IMG/VR virus record: IMGVR_UViG_3300042540_001200
Location: 1-64,000 of that record
Strand: one strand, 5' to 3'
Origin: an uncultured virus (IMG/VR IMGVR_UViG_3300042540_001200)
Lineage: Duplodnaviria > Heunggongvirae > Uroviricota > Caudoviricetes
Length of the DNA stretch: 64,000 nucleotides
Part shown: in pieces, positions 10,083 through 18,293 of the stretch
Layout: each line of letters opens with the position of its first letter
How positions within the stretch are numbered: position 1 is the stretch's first letter
Notes under the pieces: generated by a model
What the model was told of the DNA's origin: nothing
Database searches by the model: none
What the model saw: the letters and a program-made list of their open reading frames with translations, nothing else
Position numbers and translations under genes: made by a program

Positions 10083-11536
10083 TTATAGTTCAACTTTTCC
10101 ATTGTAAATGGATAATTCGCTTCTTTGTAAAATGACTTTCTCTGTGTCAAGTGACGTTTTGAAAATTTACAACTTGAAGTAATATCCCAAATTTGCACAA
10201 AGTCCTTATCCTCAGCTTTACGCAAACCACGTCCTATACTCTGTATAACACGTACAAAACTCTTCCCAGGCTCAATAAACACCAAATTAAAAATCCTTGG
10301 TATATTAATACCCACTGCTGCTACACCATACGTTGCAATAATTATCTTTTCATCCTGTATAGCAACATCTTCATATTCTTCTTTACGCTTTTTATTACTT
10401 GTATTACCACTGACAAATACTGCGTTAGATAATCGTTTGGCTAATTCTTTTCCTGCAGTAATACGATCAACCAAGACTAGAGTATTACCACTTTCCACAA
10501 TATTGTCAATAAGTTTAGCTATCATGTTTAAACGATCTTCTTGCTCTAGCAAATATTTTAATTCACTTTGGTAGGTTTTAAATTCAGCAAAATCTTGTAA
10601 CTGCACGACATTGACATGACATGTTGCAAGAACGCCACGATCTTGCAAATCTGTTGCTGCTAACCTATTGATGACAGGACCGATACACGTAAACAATGCC
10701 TCTGACGCAAACTTTTCTTTTGGTATCGTACCTGTTAAACCCCATCGTATACATATTTTTGATAACGACCCACTTAACATTGCCTTTAAAATATCTGCTT
10801 TAGCCATGTGGCATTCATCAATCACTAACGCCACAACATCTTGTATGAACTCTTCTATGGTGATATCACCAACACCATCTTGAGTGTTTTTAATAATATT
10901 GTTCAAGCTTTGCCATGTAACAATAGTATGTTTATGTCCAAGCTCTTTTCTATCACCAAAGTATACACCAACATCTAAACTTAAATTTTTATAATCGTCT
11001 TCTGTTTGTGTAACTAATGATTTATTAGGAACGATAACAATGGTTCTACCATATGGTTCGCAACGATTACTCAATGTTGCTGTGATAAGTGTTTTACCTG
11101 CGCCTGTAGCAACTTCCTGTACACATTGTGGATTGGATAAAAACTGATTGGTAATGTCAATTTGATAATCACGTAAAATAACAGGCTCACCTGCCTTAGG
11201 ATGACCTGTAGGCCATGTTGCACTTGAAAAAGTATGCTCATCAACCTTTTCAAAAGTAAACGATTGCCCATAATCACGTATATCGTCTAATTCAATGTCA
11301 TAACCATTTTGCTCAAGATAGGGAACAATTTGATCTAATAAATTGATGTAAGTAGCACCACCCAAAGTAAAGTATGATGTTTTACCATTCCATCGACCAA
11401 GCTTAACCATAGGCATAAACCTAGCCCCAGGTATCTCATACTCAAATTGTTTCACTAGGTATTTTCGGTCATCAAGATGAAGTCCTTCTATTTTTGCATT
11501 GACTTCATCTTTTACAATAATTTTTGCAGTAGGCAT
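10079..11536 (-). CDS. uvsW: SF2 DNA helicase (UvsW-like)
   Basis: LRDYQ, ATGAGKT, DECH, GLTGT, QSIGRGLR. Confidence 0.93.
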   Translation of the reverse strand: MPTAKIIVKDEVNAKIEGLHLDDRKYLVKQFEYEIPGARFMPMVKLGRWNGKTSYFTLGGATYINLLDQIVPYLEQNGYDIELDDIRDYGQSFTFEKVDEHTFSSATWPTGHPKAGEPVILRDYQIDITNQFLSNPQCVQEVATGAGKTLITATLSNRCEPYGRTIVIVPNKSLVTQTEDDYKNLSLDVGVYFGDRKELGHKHTIVTWQSLNNIIKNTQDGVGDITIEEFIQDVVALVIDECHMAKADILKAMLSGSLSKICIRWGLTGTIPKEKFASEALFTCIGPVINRLAATDLQDRGVLATCHVNVVQLQDFAEFKTYQSELKYLLEQEDRLNMIAKLIDNIVESGNTLVLVDRITAGKELAKRLSNAVFVSGNTSNKKRKEEYEDVAIQDEKIIIATYGVAAVGINIPRIFNLVFIEPGKSFVRVIQSIGRGLRKAEDKDFVQIWDITSSCKFSKRHLTQRKSFYKEANYPFTMEKLNYK

Positions 11537-11556
11537 GGGTCTATATATTTATAAGT

Positions 11557-11584
11557 AGTATACCAATATTTTAAATACTGTCAA
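11557..11584 (-). promoter_or_regulatory. sigma70-type promoter
   Basis: TTGACA-16-TATACT upstream of uvsW. Confidence 0.7.
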
Positions 11585-11585
11585 T

Positions 11586-11617
11586 AAAAAAGGAGTAATT
11601 GGTTACCCAATTACCCC
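11586..11617 (-). terminator. intrinsic terminator
   Basis: GTAATTGG/CCAATTAC stem plus U-tract after AAA ATPase gene. Confidence 0.65.
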
Positions 11618-11637
11618 AAGTTACTACAGGAGATAAC

Positions 11638-12711
11638 TTAACGATCCTTGTACATTAGTGTACGTTCAACAACTTGCTTCCAACGATCACCCTTACGTAC
11701 CATATAATCAGCTACATATACAAAGGTACGTAAACTAAAACTTTTAAATCTAGTAGCATTAGTTTCAACATAGTCAAACAATTGATTAACTTGTTCAGTG
11801 GTTAAGTCAAAGTTAGCAAAGAACCCACCATCATCTTGCAAATCTTCATGCAACTGCTTTGCACGTAGCACAATGTGTCTAGCTGAGGAACACTGTACTT
11901 CAATGGATTTCCAACGTGTTTCCATAGCTTGTAAGTGGTTCTTTAAATTTGAGTCACGCATCTTATTTAAATCAAGGTTAGTGATAAAAATTAAACTACC
12001 CTTGAACACAAAACTCTCAGGAATATCTTCCCTACGTAATTGAGCACTGTTTGAACGAATGTTAATTCGACGTTCACCCGTAGTGGCTAGTGCTGCTTTC
12101 AACAAGTTTAGCATCTCAGGGTTAAAAAAGATTGCATCACAGTCATCAAACACCGTGATATAATTTGCATCACTACCTTCGTACAAGATTTTATACAAAT
12201 GCACAGGTGAATCACCTAATGAACCACGTATGATTTGAAACTTATCACGTGAACCACCGACATTAGTAAATGTTGCGTAACGGTCAAGCACTGATTCTAC
12301 GATATATGTTTTACCGCTACCACCTCCACCACAAATAAACAATCCACCTTTTTCCTCACCACGTAGCATATCTTCAATATGCTCCTCAAGGTTTTCAAAA
12401 TCTTCTCTAAACCACTGCTTGATTTGTTCATCAGTAGGTTCAGGCTTAGTTACAACAGGTTCGTCTGCTGTAAATTTTACAGGTGCTTTTTTAGGCACTG
12501 TAACAGTATTATTATCAGTTATTTCACAATTAGTTACCACAATAGTAGGTTTCTCCGAAATTTTTCCGCTTGGTTTCACCAACAAGCGATCTTTGTTTAG
12601 TACAACATATTCGTTAGGACGGGTACCTGGTTGGTGAATTTGAAACTTAGTACCGCTAGGAATAGGCTTATCAAAATACTGACCTTCAAACACAGTAATA
12701 AACTTGGGCAT
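11638..12711 (-). CDS. AAA+ family ATPase
   Basis: Walker A GGGGSGKT, Walker B VFDDCD, sensor FITN. Confidence 0.85.
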   Translation of the reverse strand: MPKFITVFEGQYFDKPIPSGTKFQIHQPGTRPNEYVVLNKDRLLVKPSGKISEKPTIVVTNCEITDNNTVTVPKKAPVKFTADEPVVTKPEPTDEQIKQWFREDFENLEEHIEDMLRGEEKGGLFICGGGGSGKTYIVESVLDRYATFTNVGGSRDKFQIIRGSLGDSPVHLYKILYEGSDANYITVFDDCDAIFFNPEMLNLLKAALATTGERRINIRSNSAQLRREDIPESFVFKGSLIFITNLDLNKMRDSNLKNHLQAMETRWKSIEVQCSSARHIVLRAKQLHEDLQDDGGFFANFDLTTEQVNQLFDYVETNATRFKSFSLRTFVYVADYMVRKGDRWKQVVERTLMYKDR

Positions 12712-12744
12712 CTTTAGCTCCGTTGTTTGTCAATCGATTTGAGT

Positions 12745-12773
12745 AGTATAGCAGGGTGTTGAAACTTTGTCAA
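12745..12773 (-). promoter_or_regulatory. sigma70-type early promoter
   Basis: TTGACA-17-TATACT; SD GGAG follows. Confidence 0.85.
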
Positions 12774-13106
12774 CTAACGAATACTGTAAGGGTCAAGAAA
12801 CACTCGTCCATCGTTAGTAACATACAAATACTCTACATTAGGAACATTACCTATAGGGCGATAATAAGCGATTTCACCATCATGTCCATCTTCATCATAA
12901 AGTACATCGTAGCAATCAACTTGCTTAAAACGTACTTCTTTACCTGTATGATGACTAGTTACAAAAAACTGTTGCGGGAATCTACCACCAAAATACGTAT
13001 TAGATAAACTTAAAACTTTATTTGTTTTATCAAAGTCACAATATTGAAGGGGTATACGTTGAAGTTCCATACTTGCGTCCTTTGTTAAGATATAAGTATG
13101 ATACAT
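12774..13106 (-). CDS. hypothetical protein
   Basis: 110 aa ORF in series. Confidence 0.7.
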   Translation of the reverse strand: MYHTYILTKDASMELQRIPLQYCDFDKTNKVLSLSNTYFGGRFPQQFFVTSHHTGKEVRFKQVDCYDVLYDEDGHDGEIAYYRPIGNVPNVEYLYVTNDGRVFLDPYSIR

Positions 13107-13388
13107 CTAAATAAACACTTTTGTCAATACTTTCTTTTTCTGTGGTTTTAATGATACACTAAAATGTGTTGCTTGTTCTTTAGTCACAACTTTTTCGGCA
13201 AGATACTGATATTTTACTTTAACTTCAGCTTCTTTAAAAATCTGTCGCACCGTGTCTAATTTATCCACTGACACACGATAAAAACCATGTTGTAATAGAT
13301 AATCAGCTAATTCTTTATCACCTGACAAACCAACTGCTTGCCATAACGTAAAATTGTTTTTAATAGTTGATGCCTCAATATGTGCCAT
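13107..13388 (-). CDS. hypothetical protein
   Basis: 93 aa ORF with AGGAG SD. Confidence 0.75.
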   Translation of the reverse strand: MAHIEASTIKNNFTLWQAVGLSGDKELADYLLQHGFYRVSVDKLDTVRQIFKEAEVKVKYQYLAEKVVTKEQATHFSVSLKPQKKKVLTKVFI

Positions 13389-13389
13389 T

Positions 13390-14046
13390 TTATGCTCCTG
13401 CCTTAGGTTTTAATAGTGAAAGTTCTTGATCCATGCTACGGTTGTGCTCGTTGCGTGGTCCTGTCCACACATTAGTCTTAGCTTCACCTGTTACACGATT
13501 AGCCCATAGTTCACAAAATGCGCTATGTGGGCTAGTATCGTACGTTTTACCGTTTTCATGACAGGTAAAAGTTCCATCTGCATTGACAGTAAAACTTACC
13601 CTAATAGGATTACAATTAGTATCATTTTTAGATTGGCTAAAGGTTTGTCCTGCTAATTCTGCCACACGATCACGTGATTTATTACTAGCAATAAATTTTA
13701 CAGCAGCAGGTTCAAGCTCAGTTTGGTTAACATTTTGTTCACTTGCTCCGTATACTTCCATAAATTTTGATACACGCTCAACTAACATACCATCAGTATC
13801 TTCAAACCATTCACCTTGCATTCGTTCAGGCAATATAGCATGTAACATTTTTTCAACTCTGCTCATACTATCCACTTGCCAATACTTAATCATGGTATAA
13901 CCAATGGTAAACTTAGTACTGTTTAGTGCATTTTCTCTGCTTGGTACGTTAATACTTTTGCCAACTTTTTTTTCAGTAAGTGAACTGATATCCTTACCGC
14001 TATAGTGATAATAGCCACCAACGTAAATATAACCTGAATCAGTCAT
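13390..14046 (-). CDS. T5orf172/Mug113-type GIY-YIG domain protein
   Basis: GYIYV...KVGKS...R...L...EKMLH...GEWF; start MTDSG after GGAG. Confidence 0.75.
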   Translation of the reverse strand: MTDSGYIYVGGYYHYSGKDISSLTEKKVGKSINVPSRENALNSTKFTIGYTMIKYWQVDSMSRVEKMLHAILPERMQGEWFEDTDGMLVERVSKFMEVYGASEQNVNQTELEPAAVKFIASNKSRDRVAELAGQTFSQSKNDTNCNPIRVSFTVNADGTFTCHENGKTYDTSPHSAFCELWANRVTGEAKTNVWTGPRNEHNRSMDQELSLLKPKAGA

Positions 14047-14093
14047 ATGGGTAATCTCCATGTAAATTTTCGCTATTGTAGCAAAAAGATAAT

Positions 14094-14119
14094 AAAAAAG
14101 CACAGACTAGCTGTGCTTT
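14094..14119 (-). terminator. intrinsic terminator
   Basis: AAAGCACAG/CTGTGCTTT stem with U-tract. Confidence 0.8.
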
Positions 14120-14141
14120 AATAGATTGAAATTATCCTAAA

Positions 14142-14420
14142 TTACTTTGTTTTGGTCATGCTTTGTGAAGCGTGGTTTACAAAGTTGTACATGGTTTCTG
14201 CAGTTTTAAGAACTTGCTCGATACCTGGAAACTGTGGCATACCAAGGGTTGTTGTAACAACACCTTTATCATCACGTTGTACGCTCATTTCCCAACCGTG
14301 AAATTTACTATGGTATTCCTCGCTGATAAGGTCTTTAGCCATTTTGAGGATTTCTGTACGGATTTCATAACCGTTTTTGTTGAATTTAACTTCAGTTTTT
14401 GGTAAATCAAAATTTGACAT
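14142..14420 (-). CDS. hypothetical protein
   Basis: 92 aa, strong SD AAGGAG, CA-rich leader. Confidence 0.8.
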   Translation of the reverse strand: MSNFDLPKTEVKFNKNGYEIRTEILKMAKDLISEEYHSKFHGWEMSVQRDDKGVVTTTLGMPQFPGIEQVLKTAETMYNFVNHASQSMTKTK

Positions 14421-14449
14421 AATTTTCTCCTTGTGTGTGTATGTCTATG

Positions 14450-14740
14450 TTAGGCTTTTTGTTCTGCACGATTTTGTGCAGTCCAGGCATCCCAACCTGC
14501 CTTATACCAATCAATACTAAACGGATTCATTATTTTTTCAATTTTTGTATGTAAAAACTCTCTATTACAAGTAGTGATAATATTTGTAGTAGTTTCTAGT
14601 GCAGTATTTAAAAATTTACTTTGAGCCTCAATGTAAATTAACATATTATTTTTGAGGTCAGTGTGCTTGACATATTTTTCAACAAATTGCTTTTTAGCAT
14701 TTTGTACACTGTCAATAAAAAGTGAAGGTTGATTAATCAT
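14450..14740 (-). CDS. hypothetical amphipathic helical protein (phasin-like?)
   Basis: 96 aa, SD AAGGA, CA-rich leader; function is inference only. Confidence 0.7.
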   Translation of the reverse strand: MINQPSLFIDSVQNAKKQFVEKYVKHTDLKNNMLIYIEAQSKFLNTALETTTNIITTCNREFLHTKIEKIMNPFSIDWYKAGWDAWTAQNRAEQKA

Positions 14741-14823
14741 ATTGCATTCCTTTCTGTGTATGTGTCTAAATTGAATACACCTAATGTGTACTCATATGTA
14801 TTTATACAATAAAAGTTATTGTA

Positions 14824-14952
14824 TTACAATTTTTTAGGATGATGTGGGGTTAAGAAATCCCATTCTTCGCCAAGTACATATTGATGATTTAACTTTTCAT
14901 CAATATAAGCAACAAGTGCTAACGAACCAAGTATAAAATAAGCTAACATCAT
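14824..14952 (-). CDS. small membrane protein (42 aa)
   Basis: Not in ORF track; MMLAYFILGSLALVAYIDEK...; starts 1 nt after upstream stop. Confidence 0.55.
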   Translation of the reverse strand: MMLAYFILGSLALVAYIDEKLNHQYVLGEEWDFLTPHHPKKL

Positions 14953-14953
14953 A

Positions 14954-15061
14954 TTACTTACCCATTAATTTTACTGCACTTTGCCATTTACCCCTACGTG
15001 TTAAATGACTAGCCAATAACCCTTCACACCAAACTTGGTACATTATTCTTAAAAAAGTCAT
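14954..15061 (-). CDS. small protein (35 aa)
   Basis: MTFLRIMYQVWCEGLLASHLTRRGKWQSAVKLMGK; ATGA overlap and GGAG SD. Confidence 0.65.
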   Translation of the reverse strand: MTFLRIMYQVWCEGLLASHLTRRGKWQSAVKLMGK

Positions 15062-15168
15062 TGCCATTCTCCACGATGTAAATGAAAGTATCTGCGAGCA
15101 CGTGCTTTTCCACTTGCTTCTAACGCTTTAAATATTTTATAACCTATACTTGTTAAAAAACTAAACAT
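15058..15168 (-). CDS. small protein (36 aa)
   Basis: MFSFLTSIGYKIFKALEASGKARARRYFHLHRGEWQ; SD AAGGA. Confidence 0.65.
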   Translation of the reverse strand: MFSFLTSIGYKIFKALEASGKARARRYFHLHRGEWQ

Positions 15169-15172
15169 TTTG

Positions 15173-15343
15173 TTATTCCTTATGAGAACTATATTCAAAC
15201 TCTTTGATGTAATTGTCAAGAGTAGCAGCATCTGTAATGCTTTTTGTGCTTAGGTAACGCTCCAAACGAGTTTGGTAACCATCTTTTGGAAACATTTCTG
15301 CTAAACGCTCAAGGATATTGAGCATAAACTGTGTAATAAACAT
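15173..15343 (-). CDS. small protein (56 aa), DUF3563-like
   Basis: MFITQFMLNILERLAEMF...LERYLSTKSITDAATLDNYIKEFEY; SD GGAG. Confidence 0.7.
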   Translation of the reverse strand: MFITQFMLNILERLAEMFPKDGYQTRLERYLSTKSITDAATLDNYIKEFEYSSHKE

Positions 15344-15374
15344 TTTCAATCTCCATGTGTATGTGTATCTATTT

Positions 15375-15394
15375 TATTTATATGCTGCAGTGCG
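15375..15394 (-). promoter_or_regulatory. TATAAATA late-type promoter abutting a PhaR-like box
   Basis: Minus strand reads CGCACTGCAGCA-TATAAATA. Confidence 0.5.
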
Positions 15395-15410
15395 TCAAAG
15401 ACTTGGGATA

Positions 15411-15432
15411 AAAAAGGCACCGAAGTGCCTTT
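15411..15432 (-). terminator. intrinsic terminator
   Basis: AAAGGCAC-TTCG-GTGCCTTT plus U-tract on minus strand. Confidence 0.88.
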
Positions 15433-15649
15433 ATACTGTTTGATATACTTCATCAAACTTATTCAACGCTAACTGTCTAGCTAACCATAACCTAAATTTA
15501 ATTCTTGGTGATAATTCATTATTTTCTGTAACTATTTTAATTCTAGTAAGATTACGTCCTACACTATCATCAAATACAAAAATTTCATAATCTTCATCAA
15601 AGTCACTTTTAGGCGTAAGCGGTACGTCTTTTCGACGTGCTAGAATTAT
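15431..15649 (-). CDS. 72 aa C-terminal extension reachable by -1 frameshift from the 15646-15783 gene
   Basis: Open frame IILARRKDV...FRLWLARQLALNKFDEVYQTV* with no ATG/GTG; begins at A-AAA-AAA and ends at the terminator. Confidence 0.6.
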   Translation of the reverse strand: MILARRKDVPLTPKSDFDEDYEIFVFDDSVGRNLTRIKIVTENNELSPRIKFRLWLARQLALNKFDEVYQTV

Positions 15650-15783
15650 TTTTTTGCGTCTTTTTTATCGTCTTTCTTAGCTTCTGCTTTAGGAGCGTCT
15701 TTCTTTTCTTCTTTCTTTGCATCTGCTGCAAATGCGCTTACTGCAAAAAGTGCAGCAAATAAGGTTGCGAATAATTGTTTCAT
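15646..15783 (-). CDS. small secreted Lys/Ala/Asp-rich protein (acid-shock protein-like, 45 aa)
   Basis: MKQLFATLFAALFAVSAFA signal peptide then ADAKKEEKKDAPKAEAKKDDKKDAKK. Confidence 0.8.
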   Translation of the reverse strand: MKQLFATLFAALFAVSAFAADAKKEEKKDAPKAEAKKDDKKDAKK

Positions 15784-15796
15784 GATATTTCTTTAT

Positions 15797-15860
15797 AAAA
15801 AAATGCTCTCTAATCCTTACGGACTAAGTTAATATTTCGCAGAGCAACTTAATATTAACT
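15797..15860 (-). ncRNA. candidate pseudoknotted structured RNA
   Basis: 10-bp P1, 6-bp GUAA-capped hairpin, 6-bp loop-to-3' pairing, then U7. Confidence 0.55.
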
Positions 15861-15874
15861 ATACTATTACTATT

Positions 15875-15900
15875 AACGCATGAGTAAACAAAAGGTTTAC
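15875..15900 (-). promoter_or_regulatory. ECF sigma factor-like promoter
   Basis: GTAAAC-N16-CGTT. Confidence 0.4.
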
Positions 15901-15917
15901 ACAATAATTATTTATTT

Positions 15918-16082
15918 TTATCCACCACGACCACTTCTACGTACTACAGTGGCATTACCAAATCCTTTACTTGGTTTGGTTGATGGTGGTTTAAACCCAC
16001 CTTTTTGTGGAAATGGTTGTTTAGCCTTAGCTTCGTTAGCCATATTAATAAATGGGTTTTTTGATTTTTTAGTCTCAGTCAT
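15918..16082 (-). CDS. small basic disordered protein (54 aa)
   Basis: Not in ORF track; MTETKKSKNPFINMANEAK...VVRRSGRGG; SD AGGAG. Confidence 0.7.
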   Translation of the reverse strand: MTETKKSKNPFINMANEAKAKQPFPQKGGFKPPSTKPSKGFGNATVVRRSGRGG

Positions 16083-16494
16083 TGTTCTCTCCTTTAACAG
16101 ATTTTAAGTATTCAGCAACACTACCATATAATAACATCATCGTACCAATACGCTCATCATAAAATTTCACTTGAATATGGAATCTTTTAAGTAAAGTACC
16201 ACTTAAAAATTCTATATAATATGGGCTTAAAATATACTTGTCTAAGTCAAGTAATGTTTTAGCATCTACCGCAGTGCGATAAGTTTTTATTCTATTATCT
16301 AAGTCCCACATTTTCACTGTAGTGCTGCTTATGTTAGCTTCGTTAAAGCACTTTTCACCATAATCAGACAGTCGCCACCCACCTTGAATACGTTGATCCA
16401 TATACAATTTAATTGGGTGATATTGTTTTAAATTCGTGTCAATTAATTGCAGAATTTTTTCTGCTACAGCTTCTCTATCAGTAGCTAGTGTCAT
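16075..16494 (-). CDS. hypothetical protein
   Basis: GGWRLSDYG motif; coupled ORF. Confidence 0.75.
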   Translation of the reverse strand: MTLATDREAVAEKILQLIDTNLKQYHPIKLYMDQRIQGGWRLSDYGEKCFNEANISSTTVKMWDLDNRIKTYRTAVDAKTLLDLDKYILSPYYIEFLSGTLLKRFHIQVKFYDERIGTMMLLYGSVAEYLKSVKGENND

Positions 16495-16784
16495 TCGTCA
16501 GGATAAACTTTAGTTCCCTGATTCATAAACACCACTGAAAATTTAGTAGTCATAAATTGTTTATTTAATTTTCTGCAAAGATTTCTTGCATGGCCTGGGT
16601 TACTAAAGCTTGTTTTTTTGTATTTTGGCACAGCATTACTATCGTAATGGTGGCTATTTTTTAAATTGATTGGTTGACCATCAAAGAAAATTGCCCAAAT
16701 ACCTGCTGCTTCTAATACTTGGTCAACTTTGTATGTTTTTTTGTCAACCATTTCAACAAGAACTTTTGGTTGAGATCTAGACAT
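16491..16784 (-). CDS. hypothetical protein
   Basis: KYKKTSFSNPGHA motif; coupled ORF. Confidence 0.8.
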   Translation of the reverse strand: MSRSQPKVLVEMVDKKTYKVDQVLEAAGIWAIFFDGQPINLKNSHHYDSNAVPKYKKTSFSNPGHARNLCRKLNKQFMTTKFSVVFMNQGTKVYPDE

Positions 16785-16975
16785 TAAAATTTACCCCCTG
16801 AAACTTGAACTTCAATAATTTCAAGACTATTATTTTTTTGTTCAAGTTTGTCTACAAGGAGTTTTGCTATTTCATCACGCAACAATTTTGCTTCACTTAC
16901 AGGCATGATAAAATCACGTTTGCTAGTTGAATCAATAGAACTTACCTTGTCAATAAATCTTTTTATATTAACCAT
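16784..16975 (-). CDS. hypothetical protein
   Basis: 63 aa, preceded by ATAAATA. Confidence 0.7.
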   Translation of the reverse strand: MVNIKRFIDKVSSIDSTSKRDFIMPVSEAKLLRDEIAKLLVDKLEQKNNSLEIIEVQVSGGKF

Positions 16976-16983
16976 ACTAGTAT

Positions 16984-17430
16984 TTATGCCTTTTTTGCCT
17001 CATCTTCAGTTAAAAAAGGTCCACTATACTCGTAGCGTTGTATAAAAATATACTTTGGACAAAAAACTGTTTGCCAAACATCGTTCATTTTAATTTTAAA
17101 ATATCCCGCAGCATGGTAACATTTACTCTTTTTTGATGTTGTATAAACGTGTAACTTTCGTTTAACATCATACATATCATTGTATGTTTTTCCCTCAGTA
17201 GGCCATTTCGCAAAAGAAATATTATTATGGTGTTGTTTACGCTGTGGACGTTCAAACTCAATTAATTTTGTTTTTTCAATAGATTTAAAATCATCAAAAT
17301 GTGTGATTGAACCATCAATTTTTCTGAAATCAAAACCTGTACCACTTGCTTCTACATTACCGATTTTAGTAGTACCGTCTGTAACAACCCAAAACTGATT
17401 TTTAATAATTGGTTTAGCTTTTAGTATCAT
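16984..17430 (-). CDS. hypothetical protein
   Basis: 148 aa ORF. Confidence 0.8.
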   Translation of the reverse strand: MILKAKPIIKNQFWVVTDGTTKIGNVEASGTGFDFRKIDGSITHFDDFKSIEKTKLIEFERPQRKQHHNNISFAKWPTEGKTYNDMYDVKRKLHVYTTSKKSKCYHAAGYFKIKMNDVWQTVFCPKYIFIQRYEYSGPFLTEDEAKKA

Positions 17431-17493
17431 GAGTAGAATGTACCTTAACCTATATATTTGGTCAAGTTATTTAGATAAAGTATAAATTATTCG

Positions 17494-17688
17494 TTAATTT
17501 TGTTCTAGATATTTACGTGCTTCTGCACTGATCTGTATCTTAACTGCAGGTTCAACAATAGGAACATGTACAGGATTATTAACATCTCGGTAGCTTTTAT
17601 TGAAACGAACTGCACCAATACTGTTAACCATAATATCTTGACTAATTGAATAATAAGGGTTGATTGATGTAATTGGATGTATTTTCAT
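17494..17688 (-). CDS. hypothetical protein
   Basis: 64 aa, ATAAATA just upstream. Confidence 0.55.
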   Translation of the reverse strand: MKIHPITSINPYYSISQDIMVNSIGAVRFNKSYRDVNNPVHVPIVEPAVKIQISAEARKYLEQN

Positions 17689-17696
17689 CCATCTAT

Positions 17697-18293
17697 TTAT
17701 AACACTTTTATATTCAACTCATATAAACCAAAACCTATTTTGCCCTCTACAAAAGAATTAAATGATAAACTAATTCGTTGCTTATCACCGTTTACAGGAT
17801 CTACCCCATGCACAGTGCTTGATGGAAAAATATATAATGTCCCATTTTTTGCAGGTACAGGTGTAGCTAGCGAATTATGTACATCATTGGTCTTTGAAGG
17901 TAAATTTAATGTTCTATAAGTTGAATCATAAAAAACAATTTTATCATCTTCATTGGTATCAAAATAAAATACTGCACTTAGATAGGAATTAGGATGAGCA
18001 TGAACATGATGTGATTGCCCACGTTCAGTAAGATTCAACCACGATTGAGTAATTTTACATTTTAAATCGTTATATGGTCTGATAACATTGTTAACATATT
18101 CATCTAAAGAATTCTGACAAAAACTTTTAATTCGTGATAAAGGTTTTTCAGATAATATATAAGTATTTTCTGATTGTAAATTAGCTATATTTGGTAAGAA
18201 TTTGCACTTTTTAATATATGCAATTTCTTTAGTCAATGATTCTGTATATTCAAAATGACCTACTACAACGGGAAATAAATGTAGTACATTCAT
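17697..18293 (-). CDS. 2OG-Fe(II) oxygenase-like protein
   Basis: SWLN, HAHPNS (HxH), IFPSSTVHGV, RISLSFN. Confidence 0.88.
   Translation of the reverse strand: MNVLHLFPVVVGHFEYTESLTKEIAYIKKCKFLPNIANLQSENTYILSEKPLSRIKSFCQNSLDEYVNNVIRPYNDLKCKITQSWLNLTERGQSHHVHAHPNSYLSAVFYFDTNEDDKIVFYDSTYRTLNLPSKTNDVHNSLATPVPAKNGTLYIFPSSTVHGVDPVNGDKQRISLSFNSFVEGKIGFGLYELNIKVL

Noticed and set aside
14741..15917. Apparent 1.1 kb non-coding gap as tRNA cluster or origin
   Set aside because: Filled by small ORFs under 60 aa plus the frameshift extension; no cloverleaf or T-loop motif seen
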